This document shows, piece after piece, positions 9,626 through 20,327 of a stretch of 64,000 bases of DNA. The stretch spans positions 32,001-96,000 of the forward strand of contig JBGAHS010000002.1 in assembly GCA_044226015.1 (NCBI GenBank), read 5' to 3'. Position numbers and translations under genes: made by a program. The notes beneath the pieces are model-generated. The model did not search any database and had not been told where the DNA came from. It saw only the letters and a list, made by a program, of their open reading frames with translations. The DNA comes from Candidatus Obscuribacteraceae bacterium (GTDB lineage: Bacteria > Cyanobacteriota > Vampirovibrionia > Obscuribacterales > Obscuribacteraceae). Each line of letters begins with the position of its first letter. Position 1 is the stretch's first letter.

Positions 9626-11080
9626 ATGATGACTAAAGAGGAGTCTGGGGCGGACCCTCTCAGAATTACAATTATCGGTTCCGGAATGGCTGGGCTTGCT
9701 GCAGCTTACAGACTGACACGACCTGGTGTTCTCGGCAATCGCACACCACAAGTTATTTTGCTCGAACGAATTTCGCGAGCAGGCGGAGCAATCAGCACCT
9801 ACGAACTTGAGGACTATACGCTCGAGTTAGGTCCCGACATGTTTCAGACAGAGAAGCCTGAAGCTATTAATCTCTGCGAAGAACTCGGACTGGCTGACGA
9901 AATCGTTTCTACCAATGAGAAAAACAGACGAACATTCATTGCGCATGGCGGACAACTGCACGCGTTGCCACCAGGCTTTCAACTTCTGGCACCAAGCCAG
10001 ATGGCACCGTTTTTCTCGACAAATTTGCTAAGCATGGCTGGCAAAATGCGCATGGCTATGGATCTTTTCATAGCTAAGAAAACGGACAATGAAGATGAGA
10101 GTCTAGCTCAGTTTGTGCGCCGCCGCTTTGGACAGGAAGCTCTTGAACGAATTGCACAGCCGATGGTGGGTGGAATTTACACCGCTGACCCAGAAAAGCT
10201 CAGCTTGAAGGCAACGATGCCTCGCTTCATCGACCTTGAGCAAAAGCACGGAAGTGTAATTCGCGGACTCATGTCTGAAAAGAAAAGCGGAGATTCATCA
10301 GAAGCAGCTGGTTGCAGATATGGTTCGTTTGTGAGCCTGCGACGCGGATTAGGCATGCTTGTCGAACGACTTGTTGCAGCTCTGCCACCAGACTGCATCC
10401 ACTACCAAAACCCTGTTGTCGCAATCGAGAAAGGAACCAACGGAAAAGCGTTTGATGTTGTGGTGGCCAGCGGAACTGTAGTTCCGAGCGACGTAGTAAT
10501 TATGTCTAGCCCTTCATTTGCTAGTGCTGAGATGATAACGACTCTGGATAATGACTCAGCAATTGACTTGAGAAAAATTCAGTACGCATCGTCTGCAGTG
10601 ATGAACTTGATTTACAATCGCGCAGACATTCCACATCCACTTGACGGTTTCGGCTTTGTCGTTCCGGCAATAGAAAAGCGCACCATTATGGCGTGCAGTT
10701 TTGCAAGCGTAAAATTTCCAGGTCGCTGCCCTCCAGAGAAAGCCATTCTGCGCATTTTCGTTGGTGGCGCACTTCAACCAGACGTGTACGATCTAACTGA
10801 TGAGCAAATTGAATGCTGCATGTGGGAAGATTTGCACACGTATTTAGGACTGAAATCAATTCCACTTCTTTCGCTAATAACAAGATATCCACGCTCAATG
10901 CCGCAATATCATGTTGGACACACGGCACTGGTTGCAGGCGTTCGAAACAGATTGAAAGCACTCCCCGGACTCTATCTAGCTGGCAATGCATATGATGGGG
11001 TTGGAATTCCAGATTGCATTCGCTCTGGAGAACATGCAGCAAAGCAAGCAGTTGAACTGCTTAGCGGAACGACTGTCTGA
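9626..11080 (+). CDS. hemY: HemY-type protoporphyrinogen/coproporphyrinogen oxidase (FAD)
   Basis: IIGSGMAGLAAA dinucleotide motif, LELGPD, GGIYTADP, GFGFVVP, MPQYHVGH, GVGIPDCI; follows hemE. Confidence 0.93.
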   Translation: MMTKEESGADPLRITIIGSGMAGLAAAYRLTRPGVLGNRTPQVILLERISRAGGAISTYELEDYTLELGPDMFQTEKPEAINLCEELGLADEIVSTNEKNRRTFIAHGGQLHALPPGFQLLAPSQMAPFFSTNLLSMAGKMRMAMDLFIAKKTDNEDESLAQFVRRRFGQEALERIAQPMVGGIYTADPEKLSLKATMPRFIDLEQKHGSVIRGLMSEKKSGDSSEAAGCRYGSFVSLRRGLGMLVERLVAALPPDCIHYQNPVVAIEKGTNGKAFDVVVASGTVVPSDVVIMSSPSFASAEMITTLDNDSAIDLRKIQYASSAVMNLIYNRADIPHPLDGFGFVVPAIEKRTIMACSFASVKFPGRCPPEKAILRIFVGGALQPDVYDLTDEQIECCMWEDLHTYLGLKSIPLLSLITRYPRSMPQYHVGHTALVAGVRNRLKALPGLYLAGNAYDGVGIPDCIRSGEHAAKQAVELLSGTTV

Positions 11081-11248
11081 GTCACTTATCAAACAGGCTC
11101 CTGACGATTCCAGCGCGCAAAAGCAGATAGACAATCCGAGCGAATGTCGAGATCCACGCCGCCAGGATAGCGGAGCTTGCAAGGGCACCAAGGTGGATTC
11201 ACTTTAATGATCCACTGATCTAGAGCCCCAGATCCAGCGGCAGCTGAA

Positions 11249-14200
11249 CTAAGTGTTCCAGAAGCCTCGGAAAAGGGTTTGCCAATTCTTGCGGAAATCA
11301 TTTCGTGCCATTTCCATCGCTTTTTTCGGAGGAATAGTACTCGGCGACCGGCTGCGATCTCCAGCTCGATTCAATCGAACTCTATAAGAAACATCTGGAA
11401 AAATTTGATATTCAGAAACTCCGACCCATTCGCCACCAGCATATATTTGTAGAGACAAACACAAACCTCTTGTGTCGCCATCTAGCATTTCGGACTCAAC
11501 GATATAAGCAATATCATCGAGCTTCTCAGGTTCTTCCTTTGGTGTCCAAATCGGATCACTCTCTTCAAAACCGATTTTGACCTCGGCGAGATCAGCCTTC
11601 GGAAGCAGATTTTGCTGATGTGAAACTGACTCTATCTTCTCTCCATACGCAGCCGGAACAGGCTCAGACCCTTGTGGTGCTTGTTCGTCTGGACTGAAAT
11701 TCATAGCGGGCTCATCGTTTAGCTCTAGACTTACGTCTTGCAAGTCGACAGCTTCCATTTTCGCAATAGGGTCGAGCTCGATATTTTCGCCACGCAAAAA
11801 ACCATCAGGGTTCTTTTCATAGGCAGCAATCGTCTGGGCGTTCGGCAGCTGAATCTGGTCGCCTCGCTTCAGCTGTGCCAGCGGATTACCTTTCGCATCA
11901 GTATCTAGCGGCAAATCATTTACGTAAGCAAGCAAGCGCCAGTGAGAAGGCTTGTTGTACAGTTTCTGCGCGATACTGCGCAGACCTTCGCCCAACTTAA
12001 CAGCATGCATCGATGCTTTTTCTGAAGCGGCACCACCCATAGCGGCACGAACATTTGCCTTACGCTCATCGTCAGAGGCACTCTTGCTAGAAAACGACCT
12101 GGTCTTCACAGGTCCCTCATCCTTCGCTTCACGATCATTGCCGATGAATTTGCGCATGGCAGTCATTCCTGCTTCCCATGCCTTGAGTTCATCTTCAGCA
12201 GAACCGTATGGAATTTTTCCAAAATTTATATGACCATATGAGCGCGTTGAACGCTTAAATTCATCGATAAACTTCTGGTTTGGAATAGTTATTTTCTGAC
12301 CAGGAAATAGCTTGGCATACTTCTTACCCTGGTAATCATGCAGCATGATCTGTCCACTGCTCTCATTTCTTGCATAAATGATTTGGGCAGTTCTACCAGA
12401 AAATTTGCCAGCAATTGAGTCGAGTGTGTCGCCTTCAGAAACAGTGTAGCTGAACTCTGCATCCTGATACTTTTTAGACTCTTCTTCCTTCCGCTTCTTC
12501 TCTTCTTCTTCCAGCTTTCTGAGACGATCTTTCTCCTTCTCCTCTTCGAGGCGTTCATCTTTCTCTTTTTGTTCTCTGTCTTGCTTTTCCTTGAGCTGTT
12601 GTGTCAACAGTTGCTCTTGTTGTAGCCTGAGCTCATCTTCTTTCTTTCTTCGACCTTCTTCTTCAAGCGACTGCGCAATGGGCTTTCCGTCAGGGGCTTT
12701 AAGATCACTTTGATTGCTTGACTGCAACTCTGCTTTGACCGTAGTCTCCACAACATTCTGACGTACATTCAAAGCCGGTTCATTTCTATCAGCTGGTCTT
12801 TCAGTCAATGCTCGAGTAATTTCGCCCCTGCTGAGCGCGTCTTTCACAACTTCAGAGAAGCGCCCCTTACCTTCGGTTAACTGCTGTATAAGTTCTCGAC
12901 CGCCAAGTTCTTTACCAGCTTCACGATTCGCGCCATCTTTGGCTTGAGAAAGCTGCACACCATCCTTAGTGGCAACATTTTCTTTGAGCATGCCTGCATC
13001 TTTATTTAGATTCATACCCAACTGTTCGCCAGGACGTCCGTCAAGACGTGCGGTCAAACCACGCTCACTCAGCGTGCTTAGGAAGTCTTTGTTTTGCATT
13101 CTCAGAGCCAGCTCTGCTCCAAGTGTGCCAAGTTCTTTAGGGCTCAAGCGGAATTCAGCGGCGCCCTTTTCTCCGAGAGAACGATTGAGAATACTCATCA
13201 GCTCTCTGCCGGGTTCTCGCCCTCCAGCTAGCTGCGTTTCTTTTAGACCTTTTAGAAGATCTTGCAAAATAAATTTGCTTTGCTCTCCAGTCGGAATCTT
13301 ATCTACATACCTGCCCTTCTCGCCAAGTAGATCTAGAACTCGACCAGACACACGGTCACTAGTTTGCAAAAGCTCAAATGCGTTTGATAGGCGTTGTTGA
13401 GTTTTGATATCTAAAGACTTGACATCGAGAGGAAAGCGCCCGCCATCCTGAGACCAACTCTTAAGCGCGCTTAACTGCTCTGGTTTGAGTCCCTTAAAGA
13501 GATCAGCAAGTGCAGCATCCTTCCCAGCTAGCTGCTTTCCTTCCTGAAACTTTGCGATGAGGTCAGCAAACTGCTGTCTCATCTCAGGTGAGCGCCCCAT
13601 GCCCTGCAGCTGTGCAATTAGCTTACCATCGACTTGCATAGATGCCGCTTCAGTTCTAACAGCAGCAGCCTTGTCTCGCATTTCGCCCTGAATAAAATCC
13701 TGCTTGCCAGCAGGATTTCGCCCTGCCGCATCTAAGATTCCCGCATCTTTGCCACCGTCACGAGGCTGGTGCGGACCTCCATCGCTGTGGTCCCCTCGTC
13801 CTTCAGGTCTAACACTCGAGCCGGGATTCTTAGGTGAGCCATCCGCGTTGTAGGCTACCTCGCCCCGCAAAGTGCCGGGCCCGCGCCCTGCATCATTGCT
13901 GGCATCAGGTCTACCAGGATGCGGATTGTATGGTCTCTCTCCCTGCGGCACCGAAAAATCATTTGCGGTTATTGGCTTAGAGGCTAAATCTGGACGAGCT
14001 TGATTCGGTTGAATTTGATTTCCATCGTTGTTACGAGGAATGCCATCATGCGGTCTACCATCGTGAGGACGCGGGTTGCCGTCCCCAGGCGTGCCATCTG
14101 CTCGCGGCACACGAGGCGCTATGCCACCAGGGGTAGCATCAGCTGTGGCGTGTTGATTGTGCGGAGCTTCCGCAGTAACCTGAGTAGCAGCAGCATCGTT

Positions 14201-14878
14201 ATGTGCTGCATTAGCCACACTAGCATCTTTCATCGCAATGGTATTTAGAGCCGCAGGACGTTCACCCTGCACGGGAGCATCTGGCTTAGCAACGGCAGGA
14301 CGATTCTCCAGAACTGGCGTTACTGTGCTACTGGTGTTTACCAATCCGCCTCGTTCCGAACCTCCCCTATCGACGGGCACCGGACGCGCACGTTCAGTTA
14401 GACTTTCAGACCCTCCAGGAGGAGCGGTGAGATTAGTGTTTCTTGGAGCAATACTTTCAACAACGTTGCCATTTTCGACTTTATTAAGGCTGGAAATTTT
14501 TCCGTCCTTATACTCAACGTTGTAGCTCGAAAAAGTTCCGCTTTTGTCAGCGATGAATGCAGTGGTCTGTCCTTCATGCGAACTAAGATAGCCCGAGTAT
14601 TGTTTTCCCGAACTATCCTGAAACTTCAAAGCCTGACCATAGCCCTGTGATTCAGTAGATTGTTTGTAGGAAAGTAATGCAGTGTTGCGATCAGAGAACG
14701 ATGACGGCGGCGCATCATTGGCTTTCTGGGAAAGTTCGATAGGACTGATTTGCTTGGCTTCGGATGGCTGAGCAGCCTGGTCATTCAGCGGCTTGCCGTC
14801 CAAACCCACGCGAGCCCGGCCCATATCATCGACTTTTGGTTCCTGATCTGGTCTAACTTTACTGGGATCCCCTTCCAT
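11249..14878 (-). CDS. 1209 aa LysM-domain protein with long low-complexity N-terminus and charged helix
   Basis: Two LysM-like domains: YTVSEGDTLDSIA...LFPGQKITIP and HAVKLGEGLRSIA...LKRGDQIQLP; no obvious Sec signal. Confidence 0.75.
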   Translation of the reverse strand: MEGDPSKVRPDQEPKVDDMGRARVGLDGKPLNDQAAQPSEAKQISPIELSQKANDAPPSSFSDRNTALLSYKQSTESQGYGQALKFQDSSGKQYSGYLSSHEGQTTAFIADKSGTFSSYNVEYKDGKISSLNKVENGNVVESIAPRNTNLTAPPGGSESLTERARPVPVDRGGSERGGLVNTSSTVTPVLENRPAVAKPDAPVQGERPAALNTIAMKDASVANAAHNDAAATQVTAEAPHNQHATADATPGGIAPRVPRADGTPGDGNPRPHDGRPHDGIPRNNDGNQIQPNQARPDLASKPITANDFSVPQGERPYNPHPGRPDASNDAGRGPGTLRGEVAYNADGSPKNPGSSVRPEGRGDHSDGGPHQPRDGGKDAGILDAAGRNPAGKQDFIQGEMRDKAAAVRTEAASMQVDGKLIAQLQGMGRSPEMRQQFADLIAKFQEGKQLAGKDAALADLFKGLKPEQLSALKSWSQDGGRFPLDVKSLDIKTQQRLSNAFELLQTSDRVSGRVLDLLGEKGRYVDKIPTGEQSKFILQDLLKGLKETQLAGGREPGRELMSILNRSLGEKGAAEFRLSPKELGTLGAELALRMQNKDFLSTLSERGLTARLDGRPGEQLGMNLNKDAGMLKENVATKDGVQLSQAKDGANREAGKELGGRELIQQLTEGKGRFSEVVKDALSRGEITRALTERPADRNEPALNVRQNVVETTVKAELQSSNQSDLKAPDGKPIAQSLEEEGRRKKEDELRLQQEQLLTQQLKEKQDREQKEKDERLEEEKEKDRLRKLEEEEKKRKEEESKKYQDAEFSYTVSEGDTLDSIAGKFSGRTAQIIYARNESSGQIMLHDYQGKKYAKLFPGQKITIPNQKFIDEFKRSTRSYGHINFGKIPYGSAEDELKAWEAGMTAMRKFIGNDREAKDEGPVKTRSFSSKSASDDERKANVRAAMGGAASEKASMHAVKLGEGLRSIAQKLYNKPSHWRLLAYVNDLPLDTDAKGNPLAQLKRGDQIQLPNAQTIAAYEKNPDGFLRGENIELDPIAKMEAVDLQDVSLELNDEPAMNFSPDEQAPQGSEPVPAAYGEKIESVSHQQNLLPKADLAEVKIGFEESDPIWTPKEEPEKLDDIAYIVESEMLDGDTRGLCLSLQIYAGGEWVGVSEYQIFPDVSYRVRLNRAGDRSRSPSTIPPKKAMEMARNDFRKNWQTLFRGFWNT

Positions 14879-15178
14879 GGTCGGCGCCTCGTGACGTGCT
14901 CTATCCTATAACTCAGTTCTAAAATACTAGCCAAACAATCAATTTACGAGGGCTTTGCCCTTAAACAGCCTACAAAGTGGCAAAATTAACAGACAGCTAG
15001 CGGCATTGAAATCTAAAACAGCATTATTACCTTGTCATTCCCCTAATGCACCCGTTTTTTCACCCTCCAGGGATTTCACAATGGAATTAATCATCTAATT
15101 TCAAGCTATAGAAAGTTGACCCTTCTGTACGCATATGCTAAGACCTTATTACGTTTCGAAGCAAAGAAAGTAGCGCCC

Positions 15179-15745
15179 ATGACCGTTCAAAATTCCAGCT
15201 CTGATGATGAAGAACTCGAAGACGAAGTCGATGATGACGACGACGACGAGGAAGATGAGCTTGTCAGACATTCTGGCAAACGCCAAATTCAGAAGTATTC
15301 GGTAAAAAATGGACACCTATTTCTTGAGATAGACGGTGGACTCCCAGTAATAGACTTGCGGGCAGACGGAACAATCGTAGCTCAAGCCAATGAAACCGAA
15401 AACATTGGCGAAATCGAAGAGATTCGCGAAGGCGTTGACAGGCTCGGGCGACGCCTCAGTCATTCAGGAGCGGCGCTTCGCGTATCCAATGCTAAATACA
15501 AGGGACATCAGCTTTATGAGATGTACAGGCGAGACCCCGAAACGGGCGGGCGCTTTGCTGCGTGGTTTGATGAAAGCGGACAGGCACAATTTCTCTATTT
15601 CAATGACGTTTTGCTTATGGTAAAGCAAGTGGAAGCGGTTCTGATGAAACTTGCTCACCTGGCAAATCCAGATCTCTCAACTTTCGAGGAACTTGCTTCC
15701 CGTCCCGCCCACGAAGAAGAAGCATGGATTAGAGCTAATAGTTGA
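15179..15745 (+). CDS. Hypothetical protein with poly-acidic N-terminal tract
   Basis: Long ORF divergent from the LysM gene; D/E run followed by a globular-looking region. Confidence 0.65.
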   Translation: MTVQNSSSDDEELEDEVDDDDDDEEDELVRHSGKRQIQKYSVKNGHLFLEIDGGLPVIDLRADGTIVAQANETENIGEIEEIREGVDRLGRRLSHSGAALRVSNAKYKGHQLYEMYRRDPETGGRFAAWFDESGQAQFLYFNDVLLMVKQVEAVLMKLAHLANPDLSTFEELASRPAHEEEAWIRANS

Positions 15746-15792
15746 AGAGGTAGATGAGTTTGAAGAGTCGAAACCGCAAACAAACAAATTGA

Positions 15793-18027
15793 TCAGTCAA
15801 CCTTCTTCCGACGCAAAAATGCTAGCGCCACTGGATGTTCATAAAAGCTTCTGTCGCCGTTCTTTTCAATCCATTTAAGATGCTTGATGGCATCTTGAGA
15901 TTTTCCATTTTGCAATTCATCCATTGCCATGTAGAAATACACCTCAGTCGAGCGCGAGTAACCACGAGCCTCTTCCTGGAAATCTTTAGCGCTCAAATCA
16001 TGGCTGAGATAACGAACAATAGGACCGGGCCAGGCATGAGCAGTAGTCTGCTTTTTAGCTTGCTCAAGTAAGGTTCTTGCTGCACTTTCATTCTTCAAAA
16101 ATCTGTAGGCAATAGAACCGACTATGTCAGCATAAACCCTGTCAGAATCTGGTTCGGAAGTGTTTGCAATAACGGACTCGGCATCGGCCGCAGATTCTTT
16201 GTATTTTTCCAGTCCGAGATAGGAATAAGAGCGTCCCAAGAAAGCTTGCACGCAGTCTGGGTCTAACTTGAGTGCTTCAGTGAGATCAGCACAAGCTTCA
16301 GCGCATTTTCCAACAGTCTGCTCAGCAGAAGCGCGAGCAATATAGCCTGCCTTGAATTTCTTTTGCTGAAGAGCCTTCGTATAATCTGCTATTGCCTTCT
16401 CGGGCTCGTCCACATCAGCCCAACCGCACCCGCGCGAGAAATACTCCGGCGCATTGCTAGCAGAAATTTTTGCCATTTGCTTTCTGGCTTGCTCTCTGAG
16501 CTTTTTTGCTTCATCAAGGTTTTGAGCAATGCCCTGGCCTTGCTCATACAAGGTAGCCAGCCGCATCTGTCCTTCCGCTTGCTCGTTGCTTGCATTTTTC
16601 TTGTAGAGATTGGCTGCACGTTCTAGAGATTCTGGAAAACCATATTGGTATGAAAGAAAGTTGCCATAGGCAATTGGTGCTCTGAGCAAATCGAGTTGCA
16701 TTGACAATTGCAAATACTTCTCGGCTTTAATCAGATCTTGCTTTTCACCATCTCCACGTTCATATGCGGCTGCAAGCGCGAGCATGCTCGCCATACTGCC
16801 TTTCTTTGATGCCATGTGATAATAGTAAACTGAGCGTTTCAGGTCGCGCTTTACTCCACTGCCATCGTGATACATCCAGCCGAGAGCTAGCATTGCTTTA
16901 GCTGACCCCTGCTCAGCAGCGGCTTTTGTCATATCAAACACTTGCTTCAGAGACTCATTTGATGCAGTACCATGTTCATCTAATTGATTGGCAATCTGCA
17001 TCATTGCATATTCATCTTTTTGCGCAGCAAGCTTACGTAAAGCAGCTTCGGCTCGCTCGTAGACAGAACCTGGCGCGTATATTTTCCGGAAAGTAGCACG
17101 GTCTCTTTCGGATAGCACAGGTGCGCCCGAAAAATACATCAGGTCGCCTGCATTACAAGAATGCCCTACAATTCCCAGCGCATGCCCAATTTCGTGCAGC
17201 AGAATCATGTGGCGATTAGCAACTCTCTTATCCGACTCGCAGGTGATTTCCGGATTGAAACGCAAAGGCTCTATCTTTGTTTTCAATACCGGAAAAACAG
17301 ACCACTCCGATGGTCCCGATGGAATAGGTATTGTGTGAGCAAGTACTGACCTGGAAAAGCTCAAATCAATCAATCGATCTTTCTGCGCAAATGAAATGTC
17401 AGCCGCTGCTGGATTGTTCACCACTTTGTAGGAAAGTCTGCCTGGAACGATGGAACACCACTCATCAAAACACCTTTTGATGAGCCTTCTGTCGAAATCG
17501 TTGAAACCATCTTTTTTCGAATTTTCAGGAATATATATCCGAATTGGCATCTGCTCAGCACGCCAGTAGCAAATGTTCGAATGGCTCACCAGCTCTCCGA
17601 AGTAATCATCTTTCTCCATAATCCGGCGACAGTCTAGAAGTTCCTTCAAAACAACCTTCACTTTGTTGTTTAACTTCTTGAAGTCGGGCTGATGCATAGC
17701 GTACTTATAATCGATTGTTCCCAGGTCAGGATGCCCCTCCATATCGTGCTTTTGAGCAGATGTGAGAAGTTCTACTGCAGTCATGTTGTTGAGAACGTTG
17801 AAATACTTAAAAGTGCCATTCTCTTGCTTGTAATAAATGTGCGAGTGAATCTTTATAGTCATCCACACAAATGTAATTAGTGCAAAGCCCATAAGCAGGA
17901 GAGCAAAACCAAGAATGAAATGCCGCCAATTAATACTGCGGACATCAGTTCCTGATTTAGCGGAATTGGGCGCGGGCTGCATCGGCATTCCATTCATCGA
18001 TGTCAAATCTATAATCCAAGAGATCAT
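15793..18027 (-). CDS. Membrane-anchored matrixin (M10-like) metalloprotease with Sel1 and TPR repeats
   Basis: N-terminal TM helix; HEIGHALGIVGHS...DLMY Met-turn; ALGWMYHDGSGVKRD Sel1 repeats; C-terminal TPRs. Start uncertain. Confidence 0.85.
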   Translation of the reverse strand: MISWIIDLTSMNGMPMQPAPNSAKSGTDVRSINWRHFILGFALLLMGFALITFVWMTIKIHSHIYYKQENGTFKYFNVLNNMTAVELLTSAQKHDMEGHPDLGTIDYKYAMHQPDFKKLNNKVKVVLKELLDCRRIMEKDDYFGELVSHSNICYWRAEQMPIRIYIPENSKKDGFNDFDRRLIKRCFDEWCSIVPGRLSYKVVNNPAAADISFAQKDRLIDLSFSRSVLAHTIPIPSGPSEWSVFPVLKTKIEPLRFNPEITCESDKRVANRHMILLHEIGHALGIVGHSCNAGDLMYFSGAPVLSERDRATFRKIYAPGSVYERAEAALRKLAAQKDEYAMMQIANQLDEHGTASNESLKQVFDMTKAAAEQGSAKAMLALGWMYHDGSGVKRDLKRSVYYYHMASKKGSMASMLALAAAYERGDGEKQDLIKAEKYLQLSMQLDLLRAPIAYGNFLSYQYGFPESLERAANLYKKNASNEQAEGQMRLATLYEQGQGIAQNLDEAKKLREQARKQMAKISASNAPEYFSRGCGWADVDEPEKAIADYTKALQQKKFKAGYIARASAEQTVGKCAEACADLTEALKLDPDCVQAFLGRSYSYLGLEKYKESAADAESVIANTSEPDSDRVYADIVGSIAYRFLKNESAARTLLEQAKKQTTAHAWPGPIVRYLSHDLSAKDFQEEARGYSRSTEVYFYMAMDELQNGKSQDAIKHLKWIEKNGDRSFYEHPVALAFLRRKKVD

Positions 18028-18175
18028 TCCCCCTGTAGCTTAGCAATTAACGGATGAGCCCGCACGCAGCTTGCTTATTAAAACAAAACAGCATAAGGCC
18101 CTGAGCCAAACTCGTGATACCTTTGTAGAACGTTCTCTATTGCAATGCGAGGCCTCTGGAGTCAGCAAGAAATCA

Positions 18176-19876
18176 ATGGTTCCAACCCAAATGACATCAA
18201 CTAGCAAAGGACGAAACAAAAACACGGTGGATGTAAGCGCTCCACCTGTTCTGGCTTGCATAGATATGGGCACCAACTCTTTCCACATGATTGTGTGCCA
18301 GGCTAGCGAAAATCACGATAATTTTGAGGTCATTACCAAGGTTAGAGATGCAGTGCCGTTTTTTCGACGGGCACTCACCGCTCACACCATCGACGAAACA
18401 GCGATGACCAGTGCATTGCGCATACTCAAAGACATGAAGACAAAAGCCGCGGAACATGGCGCCAGACGCCTGGTTGCGGTTGCAACATCAGCAGTTCGCG
18501 AATCTGACAATGGCGAACTGGTACTCAGCAAAATTAGAAACGAACTTGCATTAGATGCCCGCATGATTTCGGGTCGCGAAGAAGCACGGCTTATCTATTT
18601 GGGTGTTCTCTGGAGCATGCCCAAACTAAAGGGTAAGTTTGCAATCGTTGATATCGGCGGTGGAAGCACCGAAGTAATTGTTGCAGACCGGCATCGTTCG
18701 TACTTTTCAGAGTCTTACAAACTTGGTGCGGCGCGTCTCACACAACGCTTCTTCAAGAAAGATAGCCCCACCCCACAAGAAATTCGCGAACTTCACGACG
18801 AAGTGAGAGGCATGCTTAGACCCGCAGCCGCAAGAATTGCAGAAAGCGGTGGCTTCAGCCAACTCATCGGAACATCAGGTACGGTGCAAGCCCTGGCTAA
18901 ACTCGACCGCTCACGTCACAAAAAATCGGCTCAGCAAGAACTCGATGGATATGTGCTTACCTTGAGCGCCCTCGAAGAAATTGTGGCATTCCTGGAAGAG
19001 GCTTCGCTTGAAGGGGCAAAAATAAGCGGCGTCAGCAGCGATCGCAACCGCACAATTTTGGCAGGTTCGATTGTACTGCTGGAAGCCATGCGGTCTTTAG
19101 GCGTTAACCAAATCACGGTGTGCACAGCCGCACTCCGCGAAGGCGTTGTAGTGGACATGCTTCTGCAAGAAGGGTGGATTGAAGCTGGCTTGAGCGAGCA
19201 TCTCAACCCACGTGCACGAAGTGTCTATGCGCTGCTCGAAAAATATCAGGCAAGCGTTGAGCACGCCGAACAGGTCGCAGACCTTGCATTTCAAATTTTC
19301 GATAAAACCCGCGAACTCAAACTGCATAACTACGGGGACCAGGCGCTTCATATGCTGTGGTCAGCCTCAATGCTTCATGATGTCGGCATGTTCATTGGCC
19401 GAAACGGGCATCACAAGCACTCCTTCTACTTGATTAAAAACGGCGGCTTATTGGGTCATTCCGAGGAAGAAGTAGCGATTATCGCGAACATCGCCAGATA
19501 TCACAGAGGAAGCGAACCTAAACCGTCGCATGAAGCGTACACTCAGCTTGAGACTCAAGACAAGCAGATGGTCGCTGACATGGCGGCTATACTCCGATTG
19601 GCCGAAGCACTAGATAGAAGCCACAGACAAGTAGTGCAGCGCATTGAGTTTGACATTCAGGCGCCGTCAAAAGGTCAAGACAGGACGCCTGCCTCTCTGC
19701 TGATTTTTGTGCGCCAGGGCGAAAGCTGGGAGCCAGAAACGTGGGCACTCAAGGAAAAGAAAGCCTTCTTCGAAAAACAGTTTCTTTTGAAACTCAATTT
19801 TGAAGTGAGAGTAGAGAGCAGACCACAAATGACCCGAAGCGCCCTTAGCAGCTTCCGGTCAAAAGCCAGCCCTTAA
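18176..19876 (+). CDS. ppx: Exopolyphosphatase / pppGpp phosphohydrolase (Ppx/GppA) with C-terminal HD domain
   Basis: IDMGTNSFH, ATSAVRE, ISGREEARL, DIGGGSTE, LREG, LHDVG...HHKHS, ARYHR. ORF open from 18071. Confidence 0.93.
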   Translation: MVPTQMTSTSKGRNKNTVDVSAPPVLACIDMGTNSFHMIVCQASENHDNFEVITKVRDAVPFFRRALTAHTIDETAMTSALRILKDMKTKAAEHGARRLVAVATSAVRESDNGELVLSKIRNELALDARMISGREEARLIYLGVLWSMPKLKGKFAIVDIGGGSTEVIVADRHRSYFSESYKLGAARLTQRFFKKDSPTPQEIRELHDEVRGMLRPAAARIAESGGFSQLIGTSGTVQALAKLDRSRHKKSAQQELDGYVLTLSALEEIVAFLEEASLEGAKISGVSSDRNRTILAGSIVLLEAMRSLGVNQITVCTAALREGVVVDMLLQEGWIEAGLSEHLNPRARSVYALLEKYQASVEHAEQVADLAFQIFDKTRELKLHNYGDQALHMLWSASMLHDVGMFIGRNGHHKHSFYLIKNGGLLGHSEEEVAIIANIARYHRGSEPKPSHEAYTQLETQDKQMVADMAAILRLAEALDRSHRQVVQRIEFDIQAPSKGQDRTPASLLIFVRQGESWEPETWALKEKKAFFEKQFLLKLNFEVRVESRPQMTRSALSSFRSKASP

Positions 19877-20033
19877 CTTGACAATAATTCTACAATCTGC
19901 CTTAATTGCCTTTAACACTACTTCTGCCAAAAGGAACGAAGAACTCAGGGATAACCCCGGTTTAACAGGTGGAAATTCCAGGCATGATGTAGTCAGGCAA
20001 GTGGGCGCAGTCCAGTGCGTCCAGGAGGAATCA

Positions 20034-20276
20034 ATGAAGTTGCGTCTGCTTGTTACGGGTCTGATGGCTTTAATTTTGCAGTTTTCTTGCGGCGCGGCCC
20101 ACGCAGTCACATGGTTTGATACCAGCGTGCGACCAGACGGCGTAGGCGACACAGGCTATAGCCCAAGCAACAACAACGGACAAACTTACGCCGCACCCAG
20201 CGAAGACGGAGGAACCATCGTCTACGGTGGACAGGATGGCGAAGTTGTAGGCGATGTTTTTGATTCCGGCGACTAA
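20034..20276 (+). CDS. Small exported acidic, Gly-rich protein (80 aa)
   Basis: AGGAGG RBS before ATG 20034; Sec signal ending AHA; followed by a terminator. Confidence 0.75.
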   Translation: MKLRLLVTGLMALILQFSCGAAHAVTWFDTSVRPDGVGDTGYSPSNNNGQTYAAPSEDGGTIVYGGQDGEVVGDVFDSGD

Positions 20277-20302
20277 CGAAAGCCGCTTAAATTCAGTGTT
20301 TG

Positions 20303-20327
20303 AAACCGCTCGTGAGGGCGGTTTTTT
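20303..20327 (+). terminator. Intrinsic terminator
   Basis: AAACCGCTC-GTGA-GGGCGGTTT stem with GNRA loop followed by a T tract. Confidence 0.8.

Noticed and set aside
14880..15115. Riboswitch (c-di-GMP-I-like) upstream of the divergent genes
   Set aside because: Only a GGCAAA fragment matches; the paired stems and GNRA/receptor elements could not be built
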